In this document: positions 24,801-36,010 of the stretch, piece after piece
Position numbering within the stretch: the stretch's first letter is position 1
How the letters are laid out: the number at the start of each line of letters is the position of its first letter
Source of the DNA: Macrostomum lignano
Taxonomy: Eukaryota
Direction: 5' to 3'
NCBI GenBank assembly: GCA_002269645.1
Contig: NIVC01001629.1
Location: forward strand, 1-64,000
DNA length: 64,000 nt
The notes under the pieces: generated by a model
Seen by the model: only the letters and a program-made list of their open reading frames with translations
Database searches by the model: none
What the model was told of the DNA's origin: nothing
Made by a program: the position numbers and the translations under genes

Positions 24801-27697
24801 GCTACCTGGCGTCCATCTCCAGCGAGTATGAGCAGGGTGAGACTCATTGCCGATGGCGTCAGTCAGGTCTGTGAGGTCTGTGAGCAACTCTTGCCAAACT
24901 TTCCCAACCCGCAGCTGCCCTGGCTGCAATGAAAACCAAGACCGACCAGGCGCTGTGGATCGGACTGTACACCAGGAGCTTCCAGAACCTGTACCTCTGG
25001 CACGACAACTCCGAGGTTTCCTACACCAACTGGGATCACGCGGAGCCCAGCAGCGTTTGGGTGCGCCTCGCTAGTCTTTCAATAATAACAAGTTTTAGTT
25101 AAACTAAGATCTTGCAATCGACAGCTCCAAGGACTGAGGGAAGGGGGTCCTTCCCTCAGTTACCCCAGCTAATTACCCCAGCTAATGCTGGCAACCATTT
25201 TACAGCTGGGTGAACTGAAGCAATGCAGAGTAAGGTGTCTTGCTCAAGGACGCAAGTTGTTCCTAGTGGATCGAGAATCGAACCCCCGAATTTTCAGTCC
25301 TGAGTCGGACGCTCTGACCCTGCGGGCCAGAGCGAGGAGAGGAGAGGAGAGAGGGAATAAAGGAGAAAAGGGAAGAATAGTGGAGAGAGAGAGGGAGATA
25401 AGAGAGGAGAGTGGAGATGAGAGATAAGAGAAGGGGAGGCGTGGGGAGAGAGGTGAGAGGGAAGATGAAAGAGGAGAGCTAAGAAGAGACAAACCTTGAG
25501 CGGGCCAGATTGCTATTGTGAAGCTTCATGGATCCCGAGGCCGGCCCGCGGGCCCGAGTTTGCCGACCCCCTGCCCTAACTATTAGGCTGCAACCCCTTC
25601 TGTCAATACAAGTGCTAATTGTACTTTAGCAATTATTTGAGACACGTTGAGACTGTCAGGGTCGCAGTTCCCACCCTGCATTTCTACCGAAGCCCAGCGT
25701 GGTGAACTTATAGCTCAGCCTAAATAGGTTGTTTTAGGGGTAACTAACCGCGACCAGCTTTGCTTAACTCTGCCTAAAACCATGTGCAGGAGCAATGCGT
25801 GGAGATGTACACGGAAAAGTACCGAGCAGGCAAGTGGAACGACCAGCGGTGCACCAAGAAGACCGGCTACGTCTGCATGACCTACAAGCACCCGGAGCTC
25901 GTCACCGACTGGGTGCCGCCGACCATGGTCGCCTGCAGGCCCGGTTGGCACGCCTACGAGCAAGCCTGCTTCCAGTTCGTCACCACCCCGGCCACCTGGA
26001 CCGGCGCCGTGGCCACCTGCAGCTCCATGGGCGGCCAGCTGGCCTCAATCCACGACCTGTGGGAGCAGAACTTCGTGCACTTCAAAACCGAGTCGATCGG
26101 CCGGGAGTCGACTTCGATCGGCCTGGCCGATGAGCTGGGCAGCGGCCAGTTCGCCTGGAGCGACAAGTGGCCGCTGACGTTCGCGAACTGGGGCCGCGGC
26201 CAGCCGGACGGCGGCGGCAAGAGGAGCTGCGTGTTCATGGACTACACTGGCAGCTGGTTCGCCGGCGACTGCGACGACAGGCTGAACTTTGTCTGCAGGC
26301 AGAGCCTCGGCCCGGTGCCGACCACGGTGCCCCAGCTGCCGGGCGTGTGTCCGGACGAGTTCTCGCCATTCGGCAGCAGCTGCTACTACGTGGGCAACAG
26401 CACCGAGTCCAAGCAGGCCTCCGAGGCGATGTACGAGTGCAGCAAGCGGTACCGCAGCAGCCTAGTGAGCATCCTGAGCCAGGGCGAGCAGGACTTCGTT
26501 GCCAGGCTCGTGCGCAGCAAGGCTCAGGATGAAAGTACCCGCAGGGACTACTGGATCGGCCTGCTGCGCGGCCGGGACAGCAGCTTCGAGTGGACGGACA
26601 ACAGCCCGGTGGGCTACACGTACTGGAACGGCGGCGAGCCGTCCAACACGCCCAACGAGAACTGCGTGGAGATGTACCACCTAAACCTGAAGTGGAATGA
26701 TCACTATTGCAACAAGAGGAACTCCTACATCTGCAAGATGCCCAAGCTGCCAGCCACCGTGGGCTCCACCACGACTCCCCCGCACGGGATCTCCACCACC
26801 ACGACTCGGGCGCCGCCGCACACGGCGCAGCCAACTCGGAGCACCACCTCCACCCGCACCACGGCGCCGGCGTCCACCACGAAGCCAGGAGTCGAAAGCG
26901 GTCGCATCATTGCTGGTTTGTGAAGCGCAGGCTTCTTCTTGATAGTTGCCGTCTCCATCCCTCTGCGCCGCCTTCCTTATCCATTCCTACCCCACTCTGC
27001 CTACCCGTTTCTACCCCACTCTGCCTATCCATTCCTACCCCACTGTGCCAATCCATTCCTCCCACTGTGCCAATCCATTCCTACCCCACTGTGCCAATCC
27101 ATTCCTACCCCACTCTGCCTATCCATTCCTACCCCACTCTGCCTATCCATCCCTACCCCACTCTGCCTATCCATTCCTACCCCACTGTGCCTATCCATTC
27201 CTACCCCACTGTACCCATCCATTCCTACCCCACTGTGCCCATCCATCCCTACCCCACTCTGCCTATCCATTCCTACCCCACTGTACCCATCCATTCCTAC
27301 CCCACTGTGCCCATCCATCCCTACCCCACTGTGCCCATCCATCCCTACCCCACTCTGCCTATCCATTCCTACCCCACTGTACCCATCCATTCCCACCGCA
27401 CTGTGCCCATTGAATTGAATTCAAAAGCTAGCTGCCACCCACTCGCCAGACCTGAGGAACGACGTGCTGGTGGCCATCGCGGTGCTGGCCTTCCTCCTGC
27501 TGCTCGCAGGCGTGGTGGCGGCGGTGATCATCTACCGGAGGCGTACCGGGCCGAAGTCCGTAGAAGGCGCCGAGAGCGGCTTCACCAACGCCAACTGGTC
27601 GAAGTCCACAGACGCGGTGAACCTGGAGAGCAGCAGCGCCCCGCGGGTGCAGATCCAGCTGGACACCGGCCTGGAGAATCCCAGCTTCGCCACGTAG
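12863..27697 (+). CDS. Type I transmembrane multi-C-type-lectin receptor (mannose-receptor-like), 12 CTLDs, 16 exons, ~1925 aa
   Basis: Exons 12863-12935, 13006-13175, 13611-13768, 13858-14000, 15146-15257, 16341-16814, 18056-18138, 18280-18510, 19522-19911, 20790-20983, 21494-22001, 22087-22250, 23279-24836, 24915-25060, 25790-26915 (donor could be 26900), 27450-27697 sum to 5778 nt in frame. Signal peptide MRLLTVASALSCCLLALMALA, 12 CPxGW..CY..W..A..C..WIGL..C..W..C..C units, Thr-rich stalk, TM VLVAIAVLAFLLLLAGVVAAVIIY, short tail. AATAAA at ~27711. Confidence 0.93.
13212..13528. repeat. 19/24-nt minisatellite (CCTGACCTCATTACCTGTT), lectin intron 2
   Basis: Tandem array. Confidence 0.9.
14065..15140. 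repeat. 15-nt minisatellite (TACCAGACCCCATTC), lectin intron 4
   Basis: About 70 copies. The last unit merges into the acceptor CATTCTACCACACAG. Confidence 0.95.
15352..16297. repeat. Three adjacent unrelated minisatellites in lectin intron 5: 24-25 nt GGGGGACAGCTGCGTGGGGGACAGA (15352-15765), 18-19 nt GCTGGCGCCCCCTCTGTA (15785-16128), 16 nt GGTTATCCACAGAACA (16130-16297)
   Basis: Directly visible arrays. Confidence 0.92.
16905..18000 (-). mobile_element. hAT-type MITE carrying an internally expanded 22/27-nt GGCGCC minisatellite (17020-17890), lectin intron 6
   Basis: The minus strand begins CAGGGGCGTCGCCATGG..GGGGGGAC at 18000 and ends GGGACATGTCCCTCCTGTCCCCCCCC at ~16910. The same subterminal motif occurs in the 332-474 MITE. 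The second TIR is damaged. Confidence 0.6.
18180..18245 (-). mobile_element. tRNA-like (SINE head?) fragment in lectin intron 7
   Basis: Minus strand has TGGTAAAG..CAGAGTTCGATTCTGTG (B-box/T-arm like). No full cloverleaf. Confidence 0.3.
18521..19500. repeat. 11-nt (TGTGACTGGCT, 18521-19240) and 9-nt (GATGAGGTT, 19290-19500) arrays, lectin intron 8
   Basis: Tandem arrays. Confidence 0.95.
19945..20630. repeat. 24-nt minisatellite GACTACTAACTGACCCACTCCAAG, lectin intron 9
   Basis: About 26 copies, most containing TACTAAC. Confidence 0.93.
21020..21475. repeat. 42-nt minisatellite, lectin intron 10
   Basis: AACTCAGCGAAATCCAAGCCCATAGCAACACCCACATCCCGG, about 11 copies. Confidence 0.93.
22257..23130. 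repeat. 32-nt minisatellite CTGCTGACATAAACACTGACATTATCAGTTAG, lectin intron 12
   Basis: About 27 copies starting immediately after the GTGAGT donor. Confidence 0.95.
25085..25334 (-). mobile_element. tRNA-derived CORE-superfamily SINE in lectin intron 14
   Basis: Minus strand: A-box-like TGGCCCGCAGGG, B-box GGTTCGATTC, then CCTTGAGCAAGACACCTTACTCTGCATTGCTTCAGTTCACCCAGCTGTAAAATGG, which resembles the MIR/CORE consensus CCTTGGGCAAGTCACTTAACCTCTCTG..CTCAGTTTCCTCATCTGTAAAATGG. A perfect 12-bp hairpin (25133-25160) lies in the tail. Confidence 0.75.
25335..25490. repeat. Polypurine (GA-rich) tract
   Basis: Nearly pyrimidine-free AG-rich stretch between the SINE head and the MITE. Confidence 0.85.
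25490..25573. mobile_element. Short Charlie/MER58-like hAT MITE remnant
   Basis: The 3' end GGCCCGCGGGCCCGAGTTTGCCGACCCCCTG and the 5' remnant CAAACC..GCGGGCCAGAT match my recollection of Charlie-type MITE termini. The left TIR is truncated. Confidence 0.6.
26975..27405. repeat. 24-nt minisatellite CCTACCCCACTGTGCCTATCCATT, lectin intron 15
   Basis: Tandem array. Confidence 0.92.
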
Positions 27698-28240
27698 GCG
27701 CGGCAAGATAATAAATAAAGATGTACATACTCGATATGCACTACTGACCGGGCGCCGATTCAAGTAATGAGTAAATCAAGACGCCAGATTTAATTGATTT
27801 AAATTGATTTTTAATTCCCAAATTCATGCATTGCAAACTGATTGCCAAAAATAAAGGAACTCGAATTTCATAGTTGGGTAAATATCTAATCTGCTAGCCA
27901 GTTCAAATGCTATAAAATTGAATTTTTTTCATTGTTATTGACAAAATTTTGAAAGCGTAAATCTCTGTTTATTGACACGATTTTTGCGTTTTGTTTTAAC
28001 GATTTCTGGTCCGAGGAACACAGGTAAATAATAAATAATAAATATATAATACGGCGCTGAGAACAGGAGATTAATACATGCAATAACAATATCATATATG
28101 AAAAATTGTTCACAAATAAATACACAAATTTAACAAGACAACTACATTACTATTTATTATGTATTATTATTATGAATAATAAACTATCGATTTGGCAGCG
28201 GGGCAAAAATATCGATCATCAAACAAAATATTGTGACTGC

Positions 28241-31200
28241 TCAGACATTGTCATTGTCAAAACTGTTCACCGCGGCCGGCTGGGAGGTCAGCTGCTGCTG
28301 CTGCTGCTCGGCTGGGGGCTTAGGCGAGTGGAAGGGACTCAACCAGCGCCAGGACGGCGGGCTGCCGAACACCCGCTGCAGTCCCGACAGCCGCGACCCG
28401 CCGCCTCCGCCAGCCTCTGCGTCGCCTCGGCGCTCGCCTTTGATCCGCTCGATGCCCTGCGGTGCGGTGGTGGGTGGTTCGATTCCGCATTAGTTTGGGA
28501 CTCCTGAAGAACCCCCTGCACAATATATAACTAAGCTGATGGGGCCGGAGATGAGTGTCTGCTGGTCATCCAGCGGGTCTGCAGCTGCTGGTCCTACAGC
28601 GGTCCTCACTGTCTGCAACAGCTGGTCCTACAGCGGGTCCTCACTGTCTGCAACAGCTGGTCCTACAGCGGGTCCTCACTGTCTGCAACTGCTGGTCCTA
28701 CAGCGGGTCCTCACTGTCTGCAGCTGCTGGTCCTACAGCGGGTCCTCACTGTCTGCAACTGCTGGTCCTACAGCGGGTCCTCACTGTCTGCAACAGCTGG
28801 TCCTACAGCGGGTCCTCACTGTCTGCAACAGCTGGTCCTACAGCGGGTCCTCACTGTCTGCAACTGCTGGTCCTACAGCGGGTCCTCACTGTCTGCAACT
28901 GCTGGTCCTACAGCGGGTCCTCACTGTCTGCAACTGCTGGTCCTACAGCGGGTCCTCACTGTCTGCAGCTGCTGGTCCTACAGCGGGTCCTCACTGTCTG
29001 CAACTGCTGGTCCTACAGCGGGTCCTCACTGTCTGCAACTGCTGGTCCTACAGCGGGTCCTCACTGTCTGCAACTGCTGGTCCTACAGCGGGTCCTCACT
29101 GTCTGCAACTGCTGGTCCTACAGCGGGTCCTCACTGTCTGCAACTGCTGGTCCTACAGCGGGTCCTCACTGTCTGCAACTGCTGGTCCTACAGCGGGTCC
29201 TCACTGTCTGCAACTGCTGGTCCTACAGCGGGTCCTCACTGTCTGCAACTGCTGGTCCTACAGCGGGTCCTCACTGTCTGCAACTGCTGGTCCTACAGCG
29301 GGTCCTCACTGTCTGCAACTGCTGGTCCTACAGCGGGTCCTCACTGTCTGCAACTGCTGGTCCTACAGCGGGTCCTCACTGTCTGCAACTGCTGGTCCTA
29401 CAGCGGGTCCTCACTGTCTGCAACTGCTGGTCCTACAGCGGGTCCTCACTGTCTGCAACTGCTGGTCCTACAGCGGGTCCTCACTGTCTGCAACTGCTGG
29501 TCCTACAGCGGGTCCTCACTGTCTGCAACTGCTGGTCCTACAGCGGGTCCTCACTGTCTGCAACTGCTGGTCCTACAGCGGGTCCTCACTGTCTGCAACT
29601 GCTGGTCCTACAGCGGGTCCTCACTGTCTGCAGCTGCTGGTCCTACAGCGGTTCCTCACTGTCTGCAGCTGCTGGTCCTACAGCGGTTCCTCACTGTCTG
29701 CAGCTGCTGGTCCTACAGCGGTTCCTCACTGTCTGCAGCTGCTGGTCCTACAGCGGTTCCTCACTGTCTGCAGCTGCTGGTCCTACAGCGGTTCCTCACT
29801 GTGTCCCCACCCTCACCCGGTGAAAACGGTACCCAGGGCAAGAAGCGTCTCAGAGTCATTGCAGGTAACACAGGTAAAATATGAAAGAAGTGACTCTAGA
29901 CGACTCAAACGACGACAGTTGAGCGCCAACACAAGGATTCTTGGAAGACTTTTTCGCCACTCTTTTACGATTCTGCAACTCACGTGACGCTGGTGACTCA
30001 ACAGTCGCCCCACAGTTTCTAGAGTCCCTAGAGCTGTTTGCAATGACTGTTTAGCGATTCTTGTCACTGTCTCGGTTTCAAGGGGTCAGGTTCCCAGCCC
30101 CAACGCCTCACCGTAGTGTCGGACACAATGGACACGAGCTGTGAGCAGGCCATGACCACAGTGAACAGCCCGAACACGAGGCCGGTGATGACCAGAGCAA
30201 ACAGCAGCAGGGTGCTCACAGGGGGCTGCGGCCCGTTCTGGCAGGCTGCGGATGGGAAAGCTCATTAATTAGGTCGGGTGTCTGAGCTACTGTCAGTAGC
30301 ACTATATGCATCTATTCACCCTGCCACTCGGTGCCAATGCAAATGATGAACTCGTGAATGCACAGGTAGATTGCAAAGAAGCTGGTCAACGCGATGTAGC
30401 CCTGGAAAATGAAAGCAACGAAATTTCTTCCCGTCCAGATATCTGATACATGCAAGAGTCCATGGATAGTTTCCAGGTCTATGGTTCATCCAAAATACTA
30501 AAAAAGTGGCTTTAATTTACTCTAGTCCCGATATCACTCTACAGGAGTCCTTGATTGAAACGAAAATTTGATGAAAACCGAGTTTTCAGTCCAGATGTTA
30601 TCTACGTAGTCCTTGACTGAAGCTACTATTGTAATAGGTAACGTGGGACCTCATTTTCCTGTCCAGCTGCTACCAAACATCCGTGAGATGATATTGCATG
30701 CTGACTCACGGTGAATAGAATGAAGAATTTCTGATTGCCCTCGCCAACGCAGTTGTTCACCCAAGGGCAGTGGTGGTCCATGCGGCGGACGCAGCGCCGG
30801 CAGATGCTGCAGTGGTGGGCGCGCTCCGGCTTGATGCAGCTGCAGCGGGGGCACCGGTAAACCACCCGCTCCTGCTGGCCGTCGCCCGCTGCCGGTGCCA
30901 GACGCAGCAGATTCTCCTTAGTGTCGTTGTTGAGGGGCACCGTGCCCTGGGCATGCGGGTTGGGTGCAGGGCGGGGCTCCGGTTGCTGGGAGGGAATTGA
31001 TATCTCACACTCAAACTGGAGAAGATCGTGAGATCTGACACTCAAACTGGAGTAGACTGTGAGATCTCAAACTCAAACTGGAGTAGACTGTGAGATATCA
31101 CACTCAAACTGGAGTAGATTGTGAGATCTCAAACTCAAACTGGAGTAGATTGTGATATCTCACACTCAAACTGGAGTAGACTGTGAGATATCACACTCAA

Positions 31201-32168
31201 ACTGGAGTAGACTGTGAGATATCACACTCAAACTGGAGTAGACTGTGAGATATAACTCAAACTGAAGTAGACTGTGAGATATCACTCAAACTGGAGTAGA
31301 TTTTGAGATCTCACTAAAACTGGAGTAGACTGTGAGATATCTCACTAAAACTGGAGTAGACTGTGAGATATCTCACTCAAACTGGAGTAGACTGTGAGAT
31401 ATCTCACTAAAACTGGAGTAGACTGTGAGATATCTCACTAAAACTGGAGTAGACTGTGAGATATCTCACTAAAACTGGAGTAGACTGTGAGATCTCACAC
31501 TCAAACTGGAGTAGACTGTGAGATCTCACACTCAAACTAGAGTAGACTGTGAGATATCACACTCAAACTGGAGTAGACTGTGAGATATCACTCAAACTGG
31601 AGTAGACTGTGAGATATCACTCAAACTGGAGTAGACTGTGAGATATCACTCAAACTGGAGTAGATTTTGAGATATCACTCTCAAACTGGAGATTTTTGAG
31701 ATCTCAAACTCATGGCCAGAAGACTACAGCAAGGATGAAGAGTCTCACAGGGTCGGTGAGCACAGCTCGGACATGCGAGCAGCCGGCCATGAAGGCCAGG
31801 CAGTGGTACACGATGGCGCCGACAATCTTGAAGGCCAGAGATGGCGCGGGGATGAGCACAACGAACAGCAGTACGGCCTCCGCGAACAGCAGCAGCAGCC
31901 AGGTGAAGGCGGCGCAGGTTATGCCGCAGGCGTCTTGAACGAACCAGAACTGCTGGATGCCGCACAGCCTGCTGCAGGGCTGCCAGCACAGGCGGGCAGT
32001 GCGCGGCGGCTGCTGCAGATGGGCGACGCCGGACCTGCCAGAGGCCATCTTGACCACGATCTGCGGCTCACCCGACTGACTCTGTAGCTCAAGCGGCAGC
32101 TCATCGGGCAGCGGAACAATCGCCGTGGCGCTGCCGTCGGCCGCCGGTCTGTCCGCTGACTGCAGCAT
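28241..32168 (-). CDS. ZDHHC3: DHHC palmitoyltransferase, ZDHHC3/7 (GODZ)-like, 5 exons, 362 aa
   Basis: Exons 32168-31749, 30946-30710, 30401-30320, 30245-30112, 28456-28241 sum to 1089 nt in frame. Motifs [73 protein letters not shown] (TTxE), VFG..WLSPF. Confidence 0.93.
28570..29800. repeat. 35-nt minisatellite CAGCGGGTCCTCACTGTCTGCAACTGCTGGTCCTA, ZDHHC intron 4
   Basis: About 35 near-identical copies. Confidence 0.96.
31000..31710. repeat. ~30-nt minisatellite (TCACACTCAAACTGGAGTAGACTGTGAGATA), ZDHHC intron 1
   Basis: Tandem array with variable unit length. Confidence 0.92.
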
Positions 32169-33340
32169 CGAGCAGCTGACAAGGCAAATCAATGGGTACC
32201 TAATCATCTAAGTATTTTGAGGGTGCCGAATTGATACAAACGTTGAAAACCAAGAAGTACTTTATCAAAAATTAAGTAATCAAAAGTCAAAATATAAGCC
32301 ATTCTATTCACTTGTGACTGCAATTCCTTCAGTAGTTTGTCTGCGCAATGCCACAGCCAATAGGAGAGAAGTCTAAGATGGACAAAACTCAGCCTAGGAG
32401 GGGGGCAGACAGGCCTAATCTAGCTCAGCCAATGAGAGAGCAGTAAGGAGAGGTCTAAGATGGACGAAACTCAGTCTAGGGGACAGGGCCCAATCTAGCT
32501 CAGCCAATGAGAGAGCAGTAAGGAGAGGTCTAAGTCAGACACAAGCAGGCAAGAGGAAAGCCTAACTTATTAACTAATTGGTCTGGCTTAGGGCTGAAGT
32601 GTCTTTTTTTCTCTCTTGCTCATTATGCACATATACTAGATTTGACTTTAGGAGTTTTCCTTAAGTAAGTCCTAAATTGATTTTTCTTTCTAAATAATTC
32701 CAAGTCTTAGGGAGCCCAGAGTTGGTAAACTAGGATGAAGATAACTGATTTAGTGGGTCTGCATATACTCATAGAAAGCCAAATGCAAGTGTTGCCACTT
32801 TTCTTGATATTATAGTATTATAGTTATTATAGTATCTAATAGTTGGTTATTATAGAAAATATTGTTAACTTAGCAATTATTATACTCAAGTGTGCAATTA
32901 TTTTGTTTTTATATAAAAATGACTATTTAAAATATATTATTAATGTTCTTATTAAAACCTATTAATGCTTTGAAATTAAAAAGTTTTTTATAGTAATATA
33001 TATATATGCATAAGAACTAATATGCATTGAAATGGAATTATATGTCTATAATAATAGCTTTAAAGAGTACCTAGACTTAAATAAAACAGTTTTATTATTG
33101 TTGCAACTTTCTTCTATTTACCTTCATTTGTCTCTGTTTACTATTTTTTGTCTAGTTAAAACTTGTCATTTTTCTTTTTCCCTTATTGCTTAGTTGATTA
33201 GCTCTCTATTCATTACTCTCTCCTAAGTTGCACATTATCCTTTTAATTCCATTTGCATTTAATCCCCCACTAGGTTATTGACATAAATATTATTTGGGCC
33301 ATGAGCCCCACTTACAGAGTTGTTTTATATTCAATTTAAA

Positions 33341-33518
33341 CAGTAGTGCAACCAGAAATTTTTTGAAGAGGCGGATTCTGGATGGTAAAGTCCCAGGAGG
33401 GGGGCAGAGGGGTGGCTCTGTTTTTGGCAATAATTCGCTTGGTCCCCTTTGATTTTTTTGGGGTTTCTACCTAAGGGGTAGGGTTACTGCCCCCCCCTTG
33501 CCCCTAGTTGCACCATTA
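33341..33518. mobile_element. hAT-type MITE, ~178 bp
   Basis: TIRs CAGTAGTGCAACCAG / revcomp TAATGGTGCAACTAG (11/15). Flanks AATTTAAA and AACTTAAA (7/8 TSD). Subterminal G and C runs. Confidence 0.6.
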
Positions 33519-34782
33519 AACTTAAATTATATTTTCTTAATTAAAATCTATTTATTATTCTCTTTATATAGTGCCTTATATAAAATAGAACCTAAGATAT
33601 AGTTTATTAAATACCTATGATGTAGGTATTTAATACTATTCAATTAGGCACTTAGGCTAGCTGCTGGCAAAGACCACGTCATTATAATAGGCCTAACCTA
33701 CTAGTCCCTTCATTTTGTTATTTACTTGCTAGCCTATCATTGCCTTATCTGTCTTCCTTTTGTCATTTCATATTCTAGCCTTATATTGCCTCATCTGCTA
33801 GCCTATCTACTAGCTACTTGTTGCCTTGTTTGCTAGCCTCTCCTTAAGCCTATCTTTTATTGCTTTATCTATCAGATTTTCAACTCTTTGCTTCATGTCT
33901 CTCTATTTTAGTTGCTAGTCTTATCTTTTAAGTTGGTGTTTTCTAGTGTATACTAGGTGTTGGGCCTATACCTTTTGCAATATGGTATATAACCTAATAA
34001 AACTAAACTAATATTGTTGAAAGTCAATAAATAGGCCTATTTAAATTTTAAAACTGAATATTAATGCAAATCAACATGTTTCTTTTTGTCCCTTGCCCTT
34101 GGAATATAATAAAATAAGCATGTTGATTTTATAAATTGCTAAGAACAAGATTGGGTGATCATCCAATTTGTTTTGCAATATTATTCTCAAGTTAGAAATG
34201 GTGGGTCAACATAGTGAAACATCAGAAAATGATACCTATAGCCAAAAGGGATGCAAAATAGTAAGCAGAAAGCAGATGAGTAACAGTAACAGTTGGATGC
34301 GGAAAACAGAGGAACTGCTTACAGAAGATAATAATATGACACCAAATACAGCACAGTGCATTAATTTGGACTTGTCAACTTCTACAGTTTGTCCAGCACC
34401 CCAAGCTCCATCAGGTGGTCTAGAAGACAGCCAATGAAATCAGAATGTCTTTAACAATGCTATTTCCTATCTCTTTGGCCATAGACATCATTTTCTGACA
34501 TGTCATTATGTTGTAGCACCAATTCAAACTTGAGAATAATATTGCGAAACAAACTGGAAGATCACCCAAGGCCAAGATTGAATAAATACCACAAAAATAG
34601 TATAAAACCTTCCTTGATAAATTAGGCTTAGATAGACAAATTCAATGCCCAATGGTTCTATAAACTAGCCAAAAAACAAAAGCCCTAGAAAGGTCTAGTT
34701 AGATGACCTGGATATGCTAGTCCATCCCAATTATCTGTGTAGTATTTCAGAACATGGTAGTGTGCACAATATGCCTAATAAA

Positions 34783-35048
34783 TAGGAGCCTCTTCACAGC
34801 AATCGATTCCAGAACCAGAATCGGTTCGGATTTCCAAGAAAAAAAGCAGTATAACTATTTAACTTTGTTGAATGTTTGAGTGCCTTAACAGCCTCACTTT
34901 GCACAATTTTTCACTTTTTTCTTGGCTATTGCCATTCAATAATCACAATTTTAAAGCACTAATATCCCTCTAGTTTAGGAGACAAAAGTTATACTTTACA
35001 AATTGGTTCTGGTTCAAGAACCAGAACAAGCAATATGAAGAGCCTCTA
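34783..35048. mobile_element. Possible MITE with ~14-bp TIRs TAG(G)AGCCTCTTCA / TAGAGGCTCTTCA and subterminal AGAACCAGAA motifs
   Basis: Imperfect inverted ends and inverted internal motifs. Confidence 0.35.
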
Positions 35049-36010
35049 GGTCTTGTCTATGTATGTCTATCTAGGCCTAGGCCTCTATCTCAGAGCCTTT
35101 AGTCTATACTGAGTCATTTGCCCGCGGGGCGTAAAATAACCAATATGTCTCAACTCAAAGAAAGCTCTGAGACACTTATCGTTCCGTAATACGAAATTTA
35201 CGGTGGTGGCAGCGCTACTTTACTACTGATAGTAACACAAATCGAGCATATCGACAGATCACGAATTTTACGGTGTCTGAGGACCCAATTTGAACGACCG
35301 TGCCGCTAAAAGACCGCTCGACTGCGATTACAACTACCCTCCCCCGGGAATTGAGGACCCTGGCAGACGGAGTAACCAAGGAGAAGAATCAGTGCATCAA
35401 TTCGAGAAGTTTTCCGGCTTTACGAGTGCCGAGACAACGCAGGCGGCAATTCAAACATTAGAAACCGCCTACCCCCGAAGAATAATTCTTTTTCTTCTCC
35501 GCCCCCACCTCACAAGGACTCATCGCACCATTTCTTAGAAACTGACGTGACCAATTAATACTCGTGACACCAAGGACTACGCGTGAAGCATGCTAGAGCT
35601 AGGTGGATTTAACCCAAAGGGGAGTATTGTCACTAAATTCTGTTAGCTTTACGCTTTTAGCGTGATATCATTATTTGCATGCAAGCTATTTTTCTTCAAA
35701 CAATAATTCCACCGAGTCTCCCTAAAACACGCCCCGCACGGGCCCCCTGCAGCGCTACACATTAAAACAAATTGGACTTTAACTGAAGACATTTCAAAAT
35801 GCGTTTTCTGTTAAGCTTTAAGTTTTTATTAAATTTAGTTTTTTACTTTAAGTGAAAAATAAGTCATTATTAGTAATATTAATGAAATAATATTAATATA
35901 ATTCAATAATGAAAACGAGAATATGAAAACTAATAATAATAATATCAGGTAAAGTGGCTCGCTTGGTAAGTAAAATAAATAGAAAGCCGAAAATCAACAT
36001 GTGTTTTTTT

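Noticed and set aside
29813-30067. Possible extra ZDHHC exon ending at donor-like GG|GTGAGG (29818)
   Set aside because: The DTT|GIE junction already restores the conserved TTxE motif, and the candidate peptide has no ZDHHC similarity.
1284-32168. Apparent lipid-modification cluster (NAPE-PLD, PIGB, ZDHHC)
   Set aside because: Different pathways and compartments, interrupted by the lectin gene. Nothing indicates co-regulation.
34168-34760. ORF-like stretch in the AT-rich block, considered as a decayed LINE
   Set aside because: Multiple stops and no RT or endonuclease motif I could recognise.
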